A DNA stretch of 64,000 nucleotides from an uncultured virus (IMG/VR IMGVR_UViG_3300037112_000094) (taxonomy: Duplodnaviria; Heunggongvirae; Uroviricota; Caudoviricetes), in the IMG/VR virus record IMGVR_UViG_3300037112_000094, positions 1-64,000 of that record. One strand, 5' to 3'. This document shows positions 1-8,574 of this stretch, piece by piece. Within the stretch, counting starts at the first letter, position 1. Every line of letters begins with the position of its first letter. The notes under the pieces are model-generated. The model was given only the letters and a program-made list of their open reading frames with translations. It had not been told where the DNA came from and searched no databases. The translations under genes and the position numbers were made by a program.

Positions 1-174
1 GAGCGTGATGATCTTCGAATCAGCGACCGGCTCACCGAGGTGCTTCGCCACTCTGTTGTCTAACTCGCGTAAGAAATCGAGTGCCTTCATCGTCGCGCTT
101 ACAAAATCGTCGGCCTCGATCAAGAACTCATCATCCAGCAGCGTGGTTTCTGCATTCACGTAAAACATGCCCAT
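1..174 (-). CDS. hypothetical protein, runs off the window edge
   Basis: GGAGG then ATG at 174; frame MGMFYVNAETTLLDDEF... stays open to base 1. Confidence 0.6.
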   Translation of the reverse strand, partial: MGMFYVNAETTLLDDEFLIEADDFVSATMKALDFLRELDNRVAKHLGEPVADSKIITL

Positions 175-216
175 CGGTCACCTCCCGTGAGCCCATTCTA
201 CCCGATACCAGCCCCA

Positions 217-675
217 CTAAAACTTTACACTCGTCAATCGCCTCTCCACCTCGGCCTGCGTCTTTGGGTGAAGCACGATCACATCTCGCTTTTCTTCGTA
301 CCACTGATCCGCGCGCCAGACTCCGAAGATCGCGCGTCCGGCTCCCCACCAATCGGCCAGCATCTCCCGAAGATAAATCTCTGGCATTTCCAGAACCGGT
401 GTGCTGCTCTCGTCCGAATACACCCAGTGGTTCCAGTGGTGCTTGTTCAGGTGGATGTGGTGCAGCCACGCTATCCTGAACGCATCCTTGACCACCTGTG
501 TCCGCTCGCCGTAAAAGAATTCCCGATACGCGATCCACTCGACGGGGAAAAATTTGGAGTAGTCGTGGATTATCAGTCTCCAAATTGGTACCCTAAATTT
601 TAGACCAGCTTGGAAAACAAATCGCTTATGGGCTAAAATATATTTCAGGTACCTCCAATCCTTGCTGCTAATCAT
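217..675 (-). CDS. DUF5662-like (HD-related) phage protein
   Basis: HK...HDYSK...AWLHH..NKHHW..W...EMLADW motif set; start placed at MISSKD after GGGGAGAG. Confidence 0.7.
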   Translation of the reverse strand: MISSKDWRYLKYILAHKRFVFQAGLKFRVPIWRLIIHDYSKFFPVEWIAYREFFYGERTQVVKDAFRIAWLHHIHLNKHHWNHWVYSDESSTPVLEMPEIYLREMLADWWGAGRAIFGVWRADQWYEEKRDVIVLHPKTQAEVERRLTSVKF

Positions 676-699
676 CTCTCCCCCATTGGGAATCTTAGC

Positions 700-1161
700 A
701 TGAAAACAAAAGTTTGCAACCAGTGCAAATCCCGTAAACGTATTACTTCTTTCCCAACGCGCACGTCGCATGGAATGCGCGTTCCAGATGGGAGATGTAA
801 GTTGTGTCACTCAGAATATATGAGTGGCTACTCAAAAGAATACAGAGAGCGCAACAAGGCTCGCCTTTCAACTCTCCACAAGGCGCGAAATCAAGGCAAA
901 CGGCTCCAGTGCCTTGTAGCTTACGGAGGTAATCACCCGAAGTGTGCGTGCTGCGGCGAAGATACTATCGAGTTTTTAGCCCTCGACCACATCAACGGAA
1001 ATGGTAGAAAACATCGACGCGAAGTAGGACACGGCACCCAATTGTATTATTGGCTGATCGCAAACAACTTTCCTCCGATATTCCAAGTTCTATGTCACAA
1101 TTGCAACGCAGCCAAACAGTTTTACGGTGGGTGTCCACACCAACGCAAAAAGCGCCGCTAA
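700..1161 (+). CDS. HNH-type endonuclease
   Basis: CxxC pairs; CACCGE...LALDHING...VLCHNCN. Confidence 0.8.
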   Translation: MKTKVCNQCKSRKRITSFPTRTSHGMRVPDGRCKLCHSEYMSGYSKEYRERNKARLSTLHKARNQGKRLQCLVAYGGNHPKCACCGEDTIEFLALDHINGNGRKHRREVGHGTQLYYWLIANNFPPIFQVLCHNCNAAKQFYGGCPHQRKKRR

Positions 1162-1164
1162 ATT

Positions 1165-1238
1165 TGGTGTACCTGCACGGATTTGAACCGCGATGACACG
1201 CTAATCGGGCGTGCGTCCTACCGTTGGACGACAGGTAC
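1165..1238 (-). tRNA. tRNA-Ile(GAT), atypical loop CC-GAT-TA
   Basis: cloverleaf; CACGC/GCGTG anticodon stem; TTCAAAT T-loop; encoded CCA. Confidence 0.8.
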
Positions 1239-1242
1239 AAAA

Positions 1243-1317
1243 TGGAGGCCAGAGTCGGAACTGCCCCGACAATTCTTGCTTACCGAGCAAGAGGTTTTCT
1301 CGTTAACCTATCCGGCC
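1243..1317 (-). tRNA. tRNA-Thr(GGT), non-canonical T-loop
   Basis: CTTGC-TCGGTAA-GCAAG; T-loop GGCAGTT; CCA. Confidence 0.8.
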
Positions 1318-1324
1318 CAAAATT

Positions 1325-1398
1325 TGGTGGGGGATGAAGGAGTCGAGCCCTCGTAGCCTGCTTGTAAGACAGGTGTTCTTCCGTTGAACTAATCCCCC
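1325..1398 (-). tRNA. tRNA-Val(TAC)
   Basis: CCTGT-CTTACAA-GCAGG; CCA. Confidence 0.9.
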
Positions 1399-1399
1399 A

Positions 1400-1474
1400 T
1401 GGTGCAAGCGCGCAGATTTGAACTGCGAATTGAGGTTCCGGAGACCTCTGTGATTTCCGTTTCACCACGCCTGC
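1400..1474 (-). tRNA. tRNA-Arg(CCG)
   Basis: GAGGT-CTCCGGA-ACCTC; CCA. Confidence 0.9.
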
Positions 1475-1481
1475 AAAACTT

Positions 1482-1557
1482 TGGTCAACCCGCTGGAACT
1501 CGAATCCAGAACTGAAACTTAGGAGGTTTCCGTGATCTCCATTTTCACCACGAGTTG
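1482..1557 (-). tRNA. tRNA-Arg(CCT)
   Basis: GAAAC-CTCCTAA-GTTTC; CCA. Confidence 0.9.
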
Positions 1558-1558
1558 A

Positions 1559-1633
1559 TGGAGAGCCCACTGAGAGTTCAACTCAGATTCTCGGTTTAGA
1601 AGACCGGCGTCTTATGCGTTAGACGATAGGCTC
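1559..1633 (-). tRNA. tRNA-Arg(TCT)
   Basis: CCGGT-CTTCTAA-ACCGA; CCA. Confidence 0.85.
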
Positions 1634-1634
1634 A

Positions 1635-1709
1635 TGGTGGGATGCCGGGGTAACCATCCCCGTTCTTCCGGTTAAAAGCCGGTTGCTTCAGCATTAAAGC
1701 TTGCATCCC
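1635..1709 (-). tRNA. tRNA-Lys(TTT), non-canonical T-loop
   Basis: CCGG-CTTTTAA-CCGG; T-loop ATGGTTA; CCA. Confidence 0.8.
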
Positions 1710-1715
1710 GTAACT

Positions 1716-1792
1716 TGGTCCCGACGAGAGGCCACGATCCTCCAACCTTCCGGTTAAGAGCCGGTTGCTCTGCCCATTTGAGCTACGTCGGG
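1716..1792 (-). tRNA. tRNA-Lys(CTT)
   Basis: CCGG-CTCTTAA-CCGG; T-loop ATCGTGG; CCA. Confidence 0.85.
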
Positions 1793-1793
1793 A

Positions 1794-1887
1794 TGGTAGG
1801 GGATCACGGAGTTGAACCGTGCCGTTGCGCTAATCTGGCGCTCTCCAGAGTTTATAAGGCTCCGCCGCACAGCCGATGCTATCCCCC
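1794..1887 (-). tRNA. tRNA with TAT anticodon (Ile, reads ATA); long variable arm, short D arm
   Basis: GGAGC-CTTATAA-ACTCT; variable arm GCGC-CAGATTA-GCGC; TTCAACT T-loop; CCA. Confidence 0.75.
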
Positions 1888-1896
1888 AACAACACT

Positions 1897-1970
1897 TGGT
1901 GCCGCGCGAGGGAAGCGAACCCTTACTCCGAACGCCTTATGAGAGCGTCGTCCCATCTCGGGTACGCGGC
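1897..1970 (-). tRNA. tRNA with CAT anticodon (Met or Ile2); reduced D arm
   Basis: ACGCT-CTCATAA-GGCGT; D arm CCC-GAGAT-GGG; CCA. Confidence 0.75.
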
Positions 1971-1975
1971 AAATA

Positions 1976-2051
1976 TGGCGGGGGCGGCAGGACTCGAACC
2001 TGCGAGTTCGGGTTTGGAATCCGACAGTTTAGCCGCTAAGCTTACGCCCCC
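1976..2051 (-). tRNA. tRNA-Trp(CCA)
   Basis: TCGGA-TTCCAAA-CCCGA; GCCA end. Confidence 0.9.
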
Positions 2052-2060
2052 GTATTGTCA

Positions 2061-2092
2061 AACAACAAAAACCCCCGGCCTGAGCCGAGGGT
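2061..2092 (-). terminator. attenuator terminator upstream of tRNA operon 1
   Basis: ACCCTCGGC-TCAG-GCCGGGGGT then TTTTGTTGTTT, just before tRNA-Trp. Confidence 0.85.
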
Positions 2093-2117
2093 CTGTGGAC
2101 TCGAATCTGATTGCAGA

Positions 2118-2207
2118 TTAGTCGTCCCAACCCTCGCGCACAACTCCCCAAATGACCCGCTTGGTCCCGGTCATGGAGGTTCTCACGGATTTGGACCTTA
2201 TCTGCAC
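2118..2207 (-). CDS. leader peptide 1, MQIRSKSVRTSMTGTKRVIWGVVREGWDD
   Basis: GTG 7 nt after the -10 box; has a codon for all 11 downstream tRNAs; 3' end overlaps the antiterminator arm. Confidence 0.85.
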   Translation of the reverse strand: MQIRSKSVRTSMTGTKRVIWGVVREGWDD

Positions 2208-2214
2208 GAAATTC

Positions 2215-2243
2215 AGCCTACACCTGTTTCGGATTCTTTGCAA
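2215..2243 (-). promoter_or_regulatory. sigma70-type promoter of tRNA operon 1
   Basis: TTGCAA-N17-TAGGCT. Confidence 0.75.
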
Positions 2244-2347
2244 GTAAAAAATTACCTGAGTTCAGCGAAAAGCCCCGTGCTTCAGCTCGGGGATGGATAG
2301 CTGGTCGTCAAGAGTTCAGCCCCTTTAGGGGTTGATACGAAAGGCGG

Positions 2348-2767
2348 CTACGCGGATTCTGGAGTGTTCTGTTGCTCTATGTATTGCTTGATGATACCTA
2401 ACGGTGCTCCTCCGCATGATGCAGCAAAGTAGCTTGGAGACCAGAGGACGCCTTTCCAATAGCGCTTCTGGATATCGGGACGTTCGAGTCTGAGCAGGCG
2501 ACTGGAGACGCCTTTGAGACTGTTGACCATAGCAGATACAGAGTGCTTTGGTGGGTAGTTGACCAAAAGATGAACGTGATCTTGCTCCCCGTCCATCTCG
2601 ACTAGATCGGCTTCAAAGTCTGTGGCAACGTTCTTGAATATAGTTCGCAAACTGTCAATGGCACTTTTGTCAAAGACTTTGCGCCTGTACTTGGTCACAA
2701 AGACCAAATGAACATGAATCTGGAAAACACAGTGTCTGCCGTGTCGGATTTCGCTTGCATCACTCAT
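2348..2767 (-). CDS. tnpA: Y1 HUH transposase TnpA
   Basis: HLVFVTKYRR, DHVHLL (HUH), LWSPSYFAAS, YIEQQ. Confidence 0.95.
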   Translation of the reverse strand: MSDASEIRHGRHCVFQIHVHLVFVTKYRRKVFDKSAIDSLRTIFKNVATDFEADLVEMDGEQDHVHLLVNYPPKHSVSAMVNSLKGVSSRLLRLERPDIQKRYWKGVLWSPSYFAASCGGAPLGIIKQYIEQQNTPESA

Positions 2768-2792
2768 AGACCAAGTGTATAGTGGAGACATC

Positions 2793-3917
2793 ATGTCAGT
2801 CAAGACTCACAAATATCGGCTAGTTCCCAACAAGGCACAGCGTGTGGCGCTGGACCAGACCTTGTTTCTGTGCCGATCTTTATACAACGATGCCCTGCAA
2901 GAGCGCATCGGGGCCTATAAACTCCACCAACGTGTTGGCAGATTCGATCAGGATAAGCAGTTGCCTGCAATCAAGGAAGCCGTCCCCGAGTACAAAACAG
3001 TCCATTCCCAGGTGCTACAGAACGTTCTAAAGAAGCTCGACGTTGCCTATCAGAACTTCTTTCGTCGCTGCAAACTTGGCGGTGCTCCTGGATTCCCTCG
3101 GTTCAAAGGCAGGGATCGTTTCAACTCCTTCGCGTTCAATAATACGGGCTGGTCTCTCCAGGGAAATCAACTATCGCTCTCCAAGATCGGGAACGTCAAG
3201 GTGCGGTTGTCTCGTCCGCTCCCGAATGATGCTGTGCTCAAGCTGTGTACAATCAAACGCGAAGCAGATGGATGGTACGCGACGATCACATTTGAGTTCG
3301 AGCCCGTGCCGTTGCCGTCCACTGGATTGCCGGTAGGCATAGACGTAGGCATCGCGTCGTTCGCCACATTCTCTGATGGTACGGCGATTCCAAACCCTCG
3401 AATCTACCAGAACGCTCAAGCAGAACTCCGCAGAGCACAGCGGAAAGTTGCTCGGCGCAAGAAGGGATCTAATCGTAGGCGCAAGGCAGTTATCCTGCTA
3501 AAGAAAGTCCACCAACGTGTTGCCAACAAGCGCGCGAACTTCCTCCATAAACTATCGACAGCAGTGATTCAGAAGTACGATGCTATCGCGGTAGAAGATT
3601 TAAACGTCTCTGGCATGTCCAAGGGCAACCTTGCCAAACATGTTCTAGACGTGAGTTGGGCAGAATGGTTTAGGCAACTATCCTACAAGGCAGAATGGGC
3701 CGGTAGGATGTTCGTTGCCGTAGACCCAAAGTACACATCCCAGACCTGTGCCAAGTGCGATCATGTATCCAAAGACAACAGGAAGACTCAGGAGCTATTC
3801 CTCTGCGTCTCCTGTGGACACACGGACCACGCGGACAGGAACGGGGCAGTAAACATATTAGCTCGGGCAGAGCTATCAGACGCTAACGTAAGCGGAGTAA
3901 CGCTATGCGTAGTCTGA
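2793..3917 (+). CDS. tnpB: RNA-guided endonuclease TnpB
   Basis: GIDVG (RuvC-I), VEDL (RuvC-II), TSQTCAKC..CVSCG zinc finger, ADRNGAVNI (RuvC-III). Confidence 0.95.
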   Translation: MSVKTHKYRLVPNKAQRVALDQTLFLCRSLYNDALQERIGAYKLHQRVGRFDQDKQLPAIKEAVPEYKTVHSQVLQNVLKKLDVAYQNFFRRCKLGGAPGFPRFKGRDRFNSFAFNNTGWSLQGNQLSLSKIGNVKVRLSRPLPNDAVLKLCTIKREADGWYATITFEFEPVPLPSTGLPVGIDVGIASFATFSDGTAIPNPRIYQNAQAELRRAQRKVARRKKGSNRRRKAVILLKKVHQRVANKRANFLHKLSTAVIQKYDAIAVEDLNVSGMSKGNLAKHVLDVSWAEWFRQLSYKAEWAGRMFVAVDPKYTSQTCAKCDHVSKDNRKTQELFLCVSCGHTDHADRNGAVNILARAELSDANVSGVTLCVV

Positions 3918-3984
3918 GCAGGCTGTTTTAGCCAATGGAGCCCGCGAGGGCTCTAGAATCTCCGTCCTTTAGGTCGGAGAGTCG

Positions 3985-4494
3985 TCAAGAGTCTGACTTT
4001 TGGGTTGCGGGGGCGGCGCGGCAGAAGAACGGCATGACGTAGAAGCCGTAACCTCCAGAGAACTTGATCCGCTTCTCGTTGAACAACTCGATGAATCGCG
4101 TCCTCTGCTCGTCGCTCAAATGCGGGAAATAAAATTTCGTCTCTGACGTTTCACGCGTCACCCAGTGAGTACACGCATCGGGACCGCCATCGCAACTGCT
4201 CACGAAGTATTCGTTGCCTCCGAATCCAGTCATCTTCTTGTCTTTCGGGCAATCCCGGAAGCTCTGCTTGAACGGAGCGCCACCGTTGTTCTCGACGTAG
4301 ACTTTGTAGTTTTTGTCCGTCGATCCCAACAGCACATCCCCAGCCTCAAGCCGCGCGATCAGGGTATCAGGATTGAGCGAGCCGCAGTACTGGCAAGTGT
4401 CATCCGAGGGGTCGTAGTCATTGTCGCGGGCGAACACTGGAGACGTTCCGATGTGACTCTCAGATCGGCGCGGACACTGGAAATTGTCGCTCAT
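3985..4494 (-). CDS. hypothetical protein with Cys motifs
   Basis: GGAGGAG SD before MSDNFQC; stop codon supplied by the IS end. Confidence 0.7.
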   Translation of the reverse strand: MSDNFQCPRRSESHIGTSPVFARDNDYDPSDDTCQYCGSLNPDTLIARLEAGDVLLGSTDKNYKVYVENNGGAPFKQSFRDCPKDKKMTGFGGNEYFVSSCDGGPDACTHWVTRETSETKFYFPHLSDEQRTRFIELFNEKRIKFSGGYGFYVMPFFCRAAPATQKSDS

Positions 4495-4688
4495 GGTGGC
4501 TCCTCCCGAATCAGGGTCGCACGGTGCAGAGTTAGAGCGCAAGTGCAAAAATTGGAAATTCTTGTCAAGTATTTTATTTTCACATCGTACTGTCAGTTAC
4601 TTACGAACGCTAGAAGTGGTGAATCGCCTGTATTCATGCATGTTTGAGAATGGTCAATGAGAAAATAGATATAGGAGGAAAGAAAAAC

Positions 4689-5045
4689 ATGGATGACCAA
4701 ATCAGCAAGTACGACAGGATTCGCGGCGGTCTACACGACGTGGCGATGTTCACCAAACCATCCACCATCAAAAATGTGCAATCGATCACCGGCAAGTCAG
4801 AAACCTACATTGTCGAGACGTGCCGCCACGAAGATCAGGGCGATCACATCTTCATCGAGGTCGCGGACGAGAATGGGCTCGTTCGCGTATGCCTCCCTCC
4901 GAAGGTTGCATCGCTGATCGCCTCACAGCGTGATGCGCTCACAGCCCGGAGACGCTCCAAGGCGTCGAAGCGCGTAGCTCAGGAGCGCAAGGATCGCGGC
5001 GAGCTTCCCGGATTCATGCGCGCGAAGAAGGGAGGGCGCAAGTGA
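4689..5045 (+). CDS. hypothetical protein
   Basis: AGGAGG SD; overlaps the next gene (GTGA). Confidence 0.7.
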   Translation: MDDQISKYDRIRGGLHDVAMFTKPSTIKNVQSITGKSETYIVETCRHEDQGDHIFIEVADENGLVRVCLPPKVASLIASQRDALTARRRSKASKRVAQERKDRGELPGFMRAKKGGRK

Positions 5046-5482
5046 AGTACGTCTACGATGATGGTGGGCGTGCGGCGGCAGGCTTCAAGGGTGACGCAGG
5101 CGACTGCGTTGCCCGAGCCGTTGCCATCGCGAGCGGCAAGCCATACGCCAAGGTCTACGCGGCCTTGGCTGAGGGGATGGGGAGCCAGAGGATAACCAAG
5201 CGCTCGAAGAAGCGGAGCGCCAGCGCACGCAACGGGGTCAGCGTGAAGCGGCTATGGTTCCTCGACTACATGCATGACCTCGGCTTCGAGTGGACGGCCA
5301 CGATGCTCATCGGCCAAGGATGCAAGGTGCATCTCAGGGACGGCGAGCTACCAATGGGGCGGCTGGTCGTCTCGGTCAGCAAGCACTGGACCGCAGTGAT
5401 CGACGGCGTCAACCGCGACACCTACGATCCGTCCCGCGATGGGACGCGGTGCGTGTACGGCTACTGGCAGAAAAAAAGGTAG
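5042..5482 (+). CDS. phage hypothetical protein
   Basis: DDGGR...GDCVARA...H..AVIDG...DTYD..RCVYGYW; coupled to the upstream gene. Confidence 0.7.
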   Translation: MKYVYDDGGRAAAGFKGDAGDCVARAVAIASGKPYAKVYAALAEGMGSQRITKRSKKRSASARNGVSVKRLWFLDYMHDLGFEWTATMLIGQGCKVHLRDGELPMGRLVVSVSKHWTAVIDGVNRDTYDPSRDGTRCVYGYWQKKR

Positions 5483-5484
5483 AC

Positions 5485-5513
5485 AAAAAAAGGGCACGGC
5501 TCGCACCGTGCCC
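5485..5513 (-). terminator. intrinsic terminator of the Ro-like operon
   Basis: GGGCACGG-TGCGAG-CCGTGCCC-TTTTTTT. Confidence 0.85.
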
Positions 5514-5541
5514 ACTGCCAAGTGTGGCAACCAAGAAAATG

Positions 5542-5841
5542 TTACGCGCCGACAGGCTCGCCAAGTGCGGCCAGTTCCTTGTCGATGGAATCGCGCTTCT
5601 CCTGCGCAGTCTTGAGACTGTCGCGCTGCGACTTCAACTCACGGATACGCGTTGCACGGCGGTCGGCCATGCGCGAGTCGATCTCGCGAGCGAGGGTGTT
5701 CAGGTTGTCCGAAACGTACTCGGGTACCGCAACCTTCTGGGCCTCGAACTCACCGCGAAGCTGCTTGCCAAACGCCGACAACGCAACAAGCTCGTCGATG
5801 GATGCAGCGTCCACATTGAAGTTCTTGAATTCCTGAAGCAT
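5542..5841 (-). CDS. small coiled-coil protein
   Basis: AGGAGG SD before MLQEFK; alternative start 5919. Confidence 0.7.
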   Translation of the reverse strand: MLQEFKNFNVDAASIDELVALSAFGKQLRGEFEAQKVAVPEYVSDNLNTLAREIDSRMADRRATRIRELKSQRDSLKTAQEKRDSIDKELAALGEPVGA

Positions 5842-5918
5842 AGGCTTCCTCCTTTCCGTCTTCTCCATACCGGGGTTGACAAAGATGTTCTTCCTCTTCA
5901 TTGGAATCTTCTTCGGCA

Positions 5919-7427
5919 TTACGCACCAACCAGTTCACCGATCTTGAGCACGTCGCTGAGCGACAAGAGCGGAGTTGTCAGAATCTCGTCCACCAAACTA
6001 TAGCGATTCGAACGCATTGACTGAACGAGGTTCGGCAGGGAATAGTAATCGATCTGGCTTCCACGAAGGTCAAACATCTGCGACTCGATCCCTGCGTTGT
6101 TCAGGTAGCCGCTGAACGTGTTGTTGTCGCCGCTCGTGCTGTAGAAGTAGACCGGCACTTCCTTGCCCACGAACTCCGAATACTTCTTGTAGACGTTGTG
6201 GAAGAACGGAGCCGTGTTCTCGCCGCCGTCTGAAACAACGGCGATGCCGTCGACCTCGATCTTCTCCTCCAGCATCCGGTTCAAACCGCATCCGATGGAA
6301 GTGCCTCCGTCTGCGCGAATGTGCCGCGTTGCCTTCTGGATTTGATCGAGCGAAAGCCCGGTCACGTCCACCGTCATCGGGACAACGTCGAAGAACACCA
6401 GCCACACCTTGCCCTTGACGAACTGAGCAAGCTGTGCCGAAACCTGCCGTGCGACCTCGATGGCCACCCTCATGCTTCCGCTCTTGTCGGCAAGCACAAG
6501 CCAGTTGCCCTCCGGTCCGCCAGCCGCAGCGATCTGCTGCTTCTGGAGCCCACGGAGCTTCTCCTTCAGCCCCTCGTCCTCGACGGCGTCGACGGCCTGA
6601 GTCGTCTTCAGCGTGTTCTTCTTCGACTTCGCAGCCTTCTCCATCGCCTTCTCGAACGCACCGCGAAGCGCTGGGTTGTTCTTCATGCCCAGCTTCTCCA
6701 GCATCTTCACGTTCGTCGTCAACTCGGTCGGCGACATGCGTTCGATCAGAGCAAGAACAAGATCAGTGTCCTTGGCCTTCTCCCCGAGCGCGCCCATGGC
6801 GATAAGGAACGGAATCCTGAACCTCAAGATCGCGCCAGCCGCCTCAACAGGAGACATGCTCTTCAGGTTGGCCACGGCCTCAAAGATCGATCCCTTTGGC
6901 AACGCCAGCTTGGTCACGACCATCGAGCCGTTGATGCTCTCCTTCCACTGGCCGGAGATCACAGCCGCGACGTGGCGGTTGCCCGGACCGGTGCGAGAAA
7001 GAGCGTAGAGCGCCTTGAGCACCTTGCGGTGCTGGATGGCAAGGTGATCCCAGCCCTTCTCCCCTTCCTTCTGGCGGAGGTAGGCGCGGATCATCCGATC
7101 CATCCGCGACATCTTTCCCTTCGGGCGCATCTCGCGCACGAAGTCGAACGCCTTGCGCATCTCACGCGGGCCGAGCAGCGCGAGGTGCGCGATGCTGTTG
7201 TCGAGAAGCTCAAAATCGCTTTCGTATGCCAGACCAAGAACCGGCAGCGCGATCTTCGCATCGCGAACCTGTGAATTCTTAAACGTCCATGCCACGAGAT
7301 GCTGATAGAACTCGCCTTCCTGCTCGATGGCTTGCTTGCCGATGGGGATGTAGTCGCTCAGCTTCCCGTGAGGGCTGCGTGCCAATTCGGCATAAATTCT
7401 TTGCTTCGTTAAACCAGATTCTGTCAT
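5919..7427 (-). CDS. Ro60/TROVE-like RNA-binding protein with C-terminal vWA domain
   Basis: helical N-terminal region; MIDAS DKSGS...GGTS...VSDGGEN; lies downstream of Y-RNA-like modules. Confidence 0.65.
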   Translation of the reverse strand: MTESGLTKQRIYAELARSPHGKLSDYIPIGKQAIEQEGEFYQHLVAWTFKNSQVRDAKIALPVLGLAYESDFELLDNSIAHLALLGPREMRKAFDFVREMRPKGKMSRMDRMIRAYLRQKEGEKGWDHLAIQHRKVLKALYALSRTGPGNRHVAAVISGQWKESINGSMVVTKLALPKGSIFEAVANLKSMSPVEAAGAILRFRIPFLIAMGALGEKAKDTDLVLALIERMSPTELTTNVKMLEKLGMKNNPALRGAFEKAMEKAAKSKKNTLKTTQAVDAVEDEGLKEKLRGLQKQQIAAAGGPEGNWLVLADKSGSMRVAIEVARQVSAQLAQFVKGKVWLVFFDVVPMTVDVTGLSLDQIQKATRHIRADGGTSIGCGLNRMLEEKIEVDGIAVVSDGGENTAPFFHNVYKKYSEFVGKEVPVYFYSTSGDNNTFSGYLNNAGIESQMFDLRGSQIDYYSLPNLVQSMRSNRYSLVDEILTTPLLSLSDVLKIGELVGA

Positions 7428-7440
7428 TTTCCTATTTCTC

Positions 7441-7992
7441 CTATTCCACATGCTGCCATGATTCACGATCAACCACGCGACGTATTGTTGCCGGGTCAAC
7501 CTCAAATATCCGAGCTAACTTCATGAACGAAAAATTGCACTGTTCGGCGAGGCTACGAATTGCTTGTACACGCTCCTCAGTTAAAACCGATAGTGCATGT
7601 CGCTCACCTTTTCCGGCCCTCTGGCGTCCGCGTTGAATCATATCGCGGATATTATCAAGTTGAGTCCCAACAATTAGATGGTCTGGGTTAACACAGCATC
7701 GTACATCGCACTTATGCCTCACAACCTGACCAAATTCGAGTGGCCCATGCTTTTTGACGTACATGAAACGGTGGACACGAATTACTATTCTTCCGCCATC
7801 CTGTAACGTCGCTCCGATATGTGCATAGCCCTTATCGTCCGATGAGCCGATCCAAAGCCAACAACCACTCATTGGCTCGTGGCTGATATTTTTCTCAATG
7901 CGGCCATAAAGAGATTGCCCAGAAGTTCTTCCAAGATAACTTACATAGTCGGCCATGCTCAGCTTTGTCACCGCATCGTTCATGCGACTCAT
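7441..7992 (-). CDS. HNH endonuclease with C-terminal HTH
   Basis: CWLWIG...RVHR...VRHKCDVRCCVNPDHL..GTQLDN. Confidence 0.85.
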   Translation of the reverse strand: MSRMNDAVTKLSMADYVSYLGRTSGQSLYGRIEKNISHEPMSGCWLWIGSSDDKGYAHIGATLQDGGRIVIRVHRFMYVKKHGPLEFGQVVRHKCDVRCCVNPDHLIVGTQLDNIRDMIQRGRQRAGKGERHALSVLTEERVQAIRSLAEQCNFSFMKLARIFEVDPATIRRVVDRESWQHVE

Positions 7993-8549
7993 GGAAGTTT
8001 TCTCTCTTTCAAATACTCGACATAGAAATCATAGTCAAGACCCTTGAGAGCGCACCAGTCACGCGGGTCCATGGCACCTTTATCCTTATTGCAGCGGCGG
8101 CACGCTGAAAGGTATCCAGACGGATCATTGACACCACCCTGCTCTAAAGGCCAGAAGTGGTCCACTGTGAGTTGCACCCGGCCCATAGGCTGCTTACAAT
8201 AAAGACACTTGCAGCCGTCAGCGACCCACACCTTCTGCTGGACGGTGCCAGAGATGTCGTAGCGGAGCTTGCGGTGGAACGCCTTCTCAAGCGATCCGTT
8301 CACCAGTATCTCGGGGTTGTCCGATCTCTGGAGCCAGTCAGACCACTGCTCGGCGGTCAGGGTTTTAACGTCAGCGCCATCCGGCCATTCTCCATCTCCC
8401 CACAGCACATAGCCGGGGAGCATGAAGATCGCCTGCGCACCTTCGCCGCCGACCACGATACCTTCGATTTTGAGGAGGGAGCCTACGTCGCCCATGAGAG
8501 CAGGGCGATGACGCAACTCAAGCTGATAGAAACGGTCGCCACTTGCCAT
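7989..8549 (-). CDS. HNH nuclease domain protein
   Basis: CLYC...LTVDHFWP..GG...SACRRCNKDK; GGGAGG SD before MASGDR. Confidence 0.8.
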   Translation of the reverse strand: MASGDRFYQLELRHRPALMGDVGSLLKIEGIVVGGEGAQAIFMLPGYVLWGDGEWPDGADVKTLTAEQWSDWLQRSDNPEILVNGSLEKAFHRKLRYDISGTVQQKVWVADGCKCLYCKQPMGRVQLTVDHFWPLEQGGVNDPSGYLSACRRCNKDKGAMDPRDWCALKGLDYDFYVEYLKERKLP

Positions 8550-8574
8550 GGTTCCCCTCCCGGAAGGAACTTTT

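Larger units (their letters stand above)
2256..3988. mobile_element. IS200/IS605-family element, IS608-like (TTAC target, TCAA right end)
   Basis: TTAC at 2252-2255; left hairpin preceded by AAAG; right hairpin preceded by GAAT; ends TCAA; divergent tnpA and tnpB. Confidence 0.9.

Noticed and set aside
1280..2300. Track ORFs overlapping tRNA genes, and similar ones at 8.7-10.3, 12.5-13.1 and 17.3-19.1 kb
   Set aside because: Shadow frames of tRNA genes with no SD or protein motifs; only those listed as features were kept.
6321..7274. Long antisense ORFs opposite GC-rich genes (also 31830-32762, 34908-35600, 62621-63400)
   Set aside because: Expected shadows of GC3-rich codon usage, with no motifs. 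This also tempers the bridge-ORF findings.
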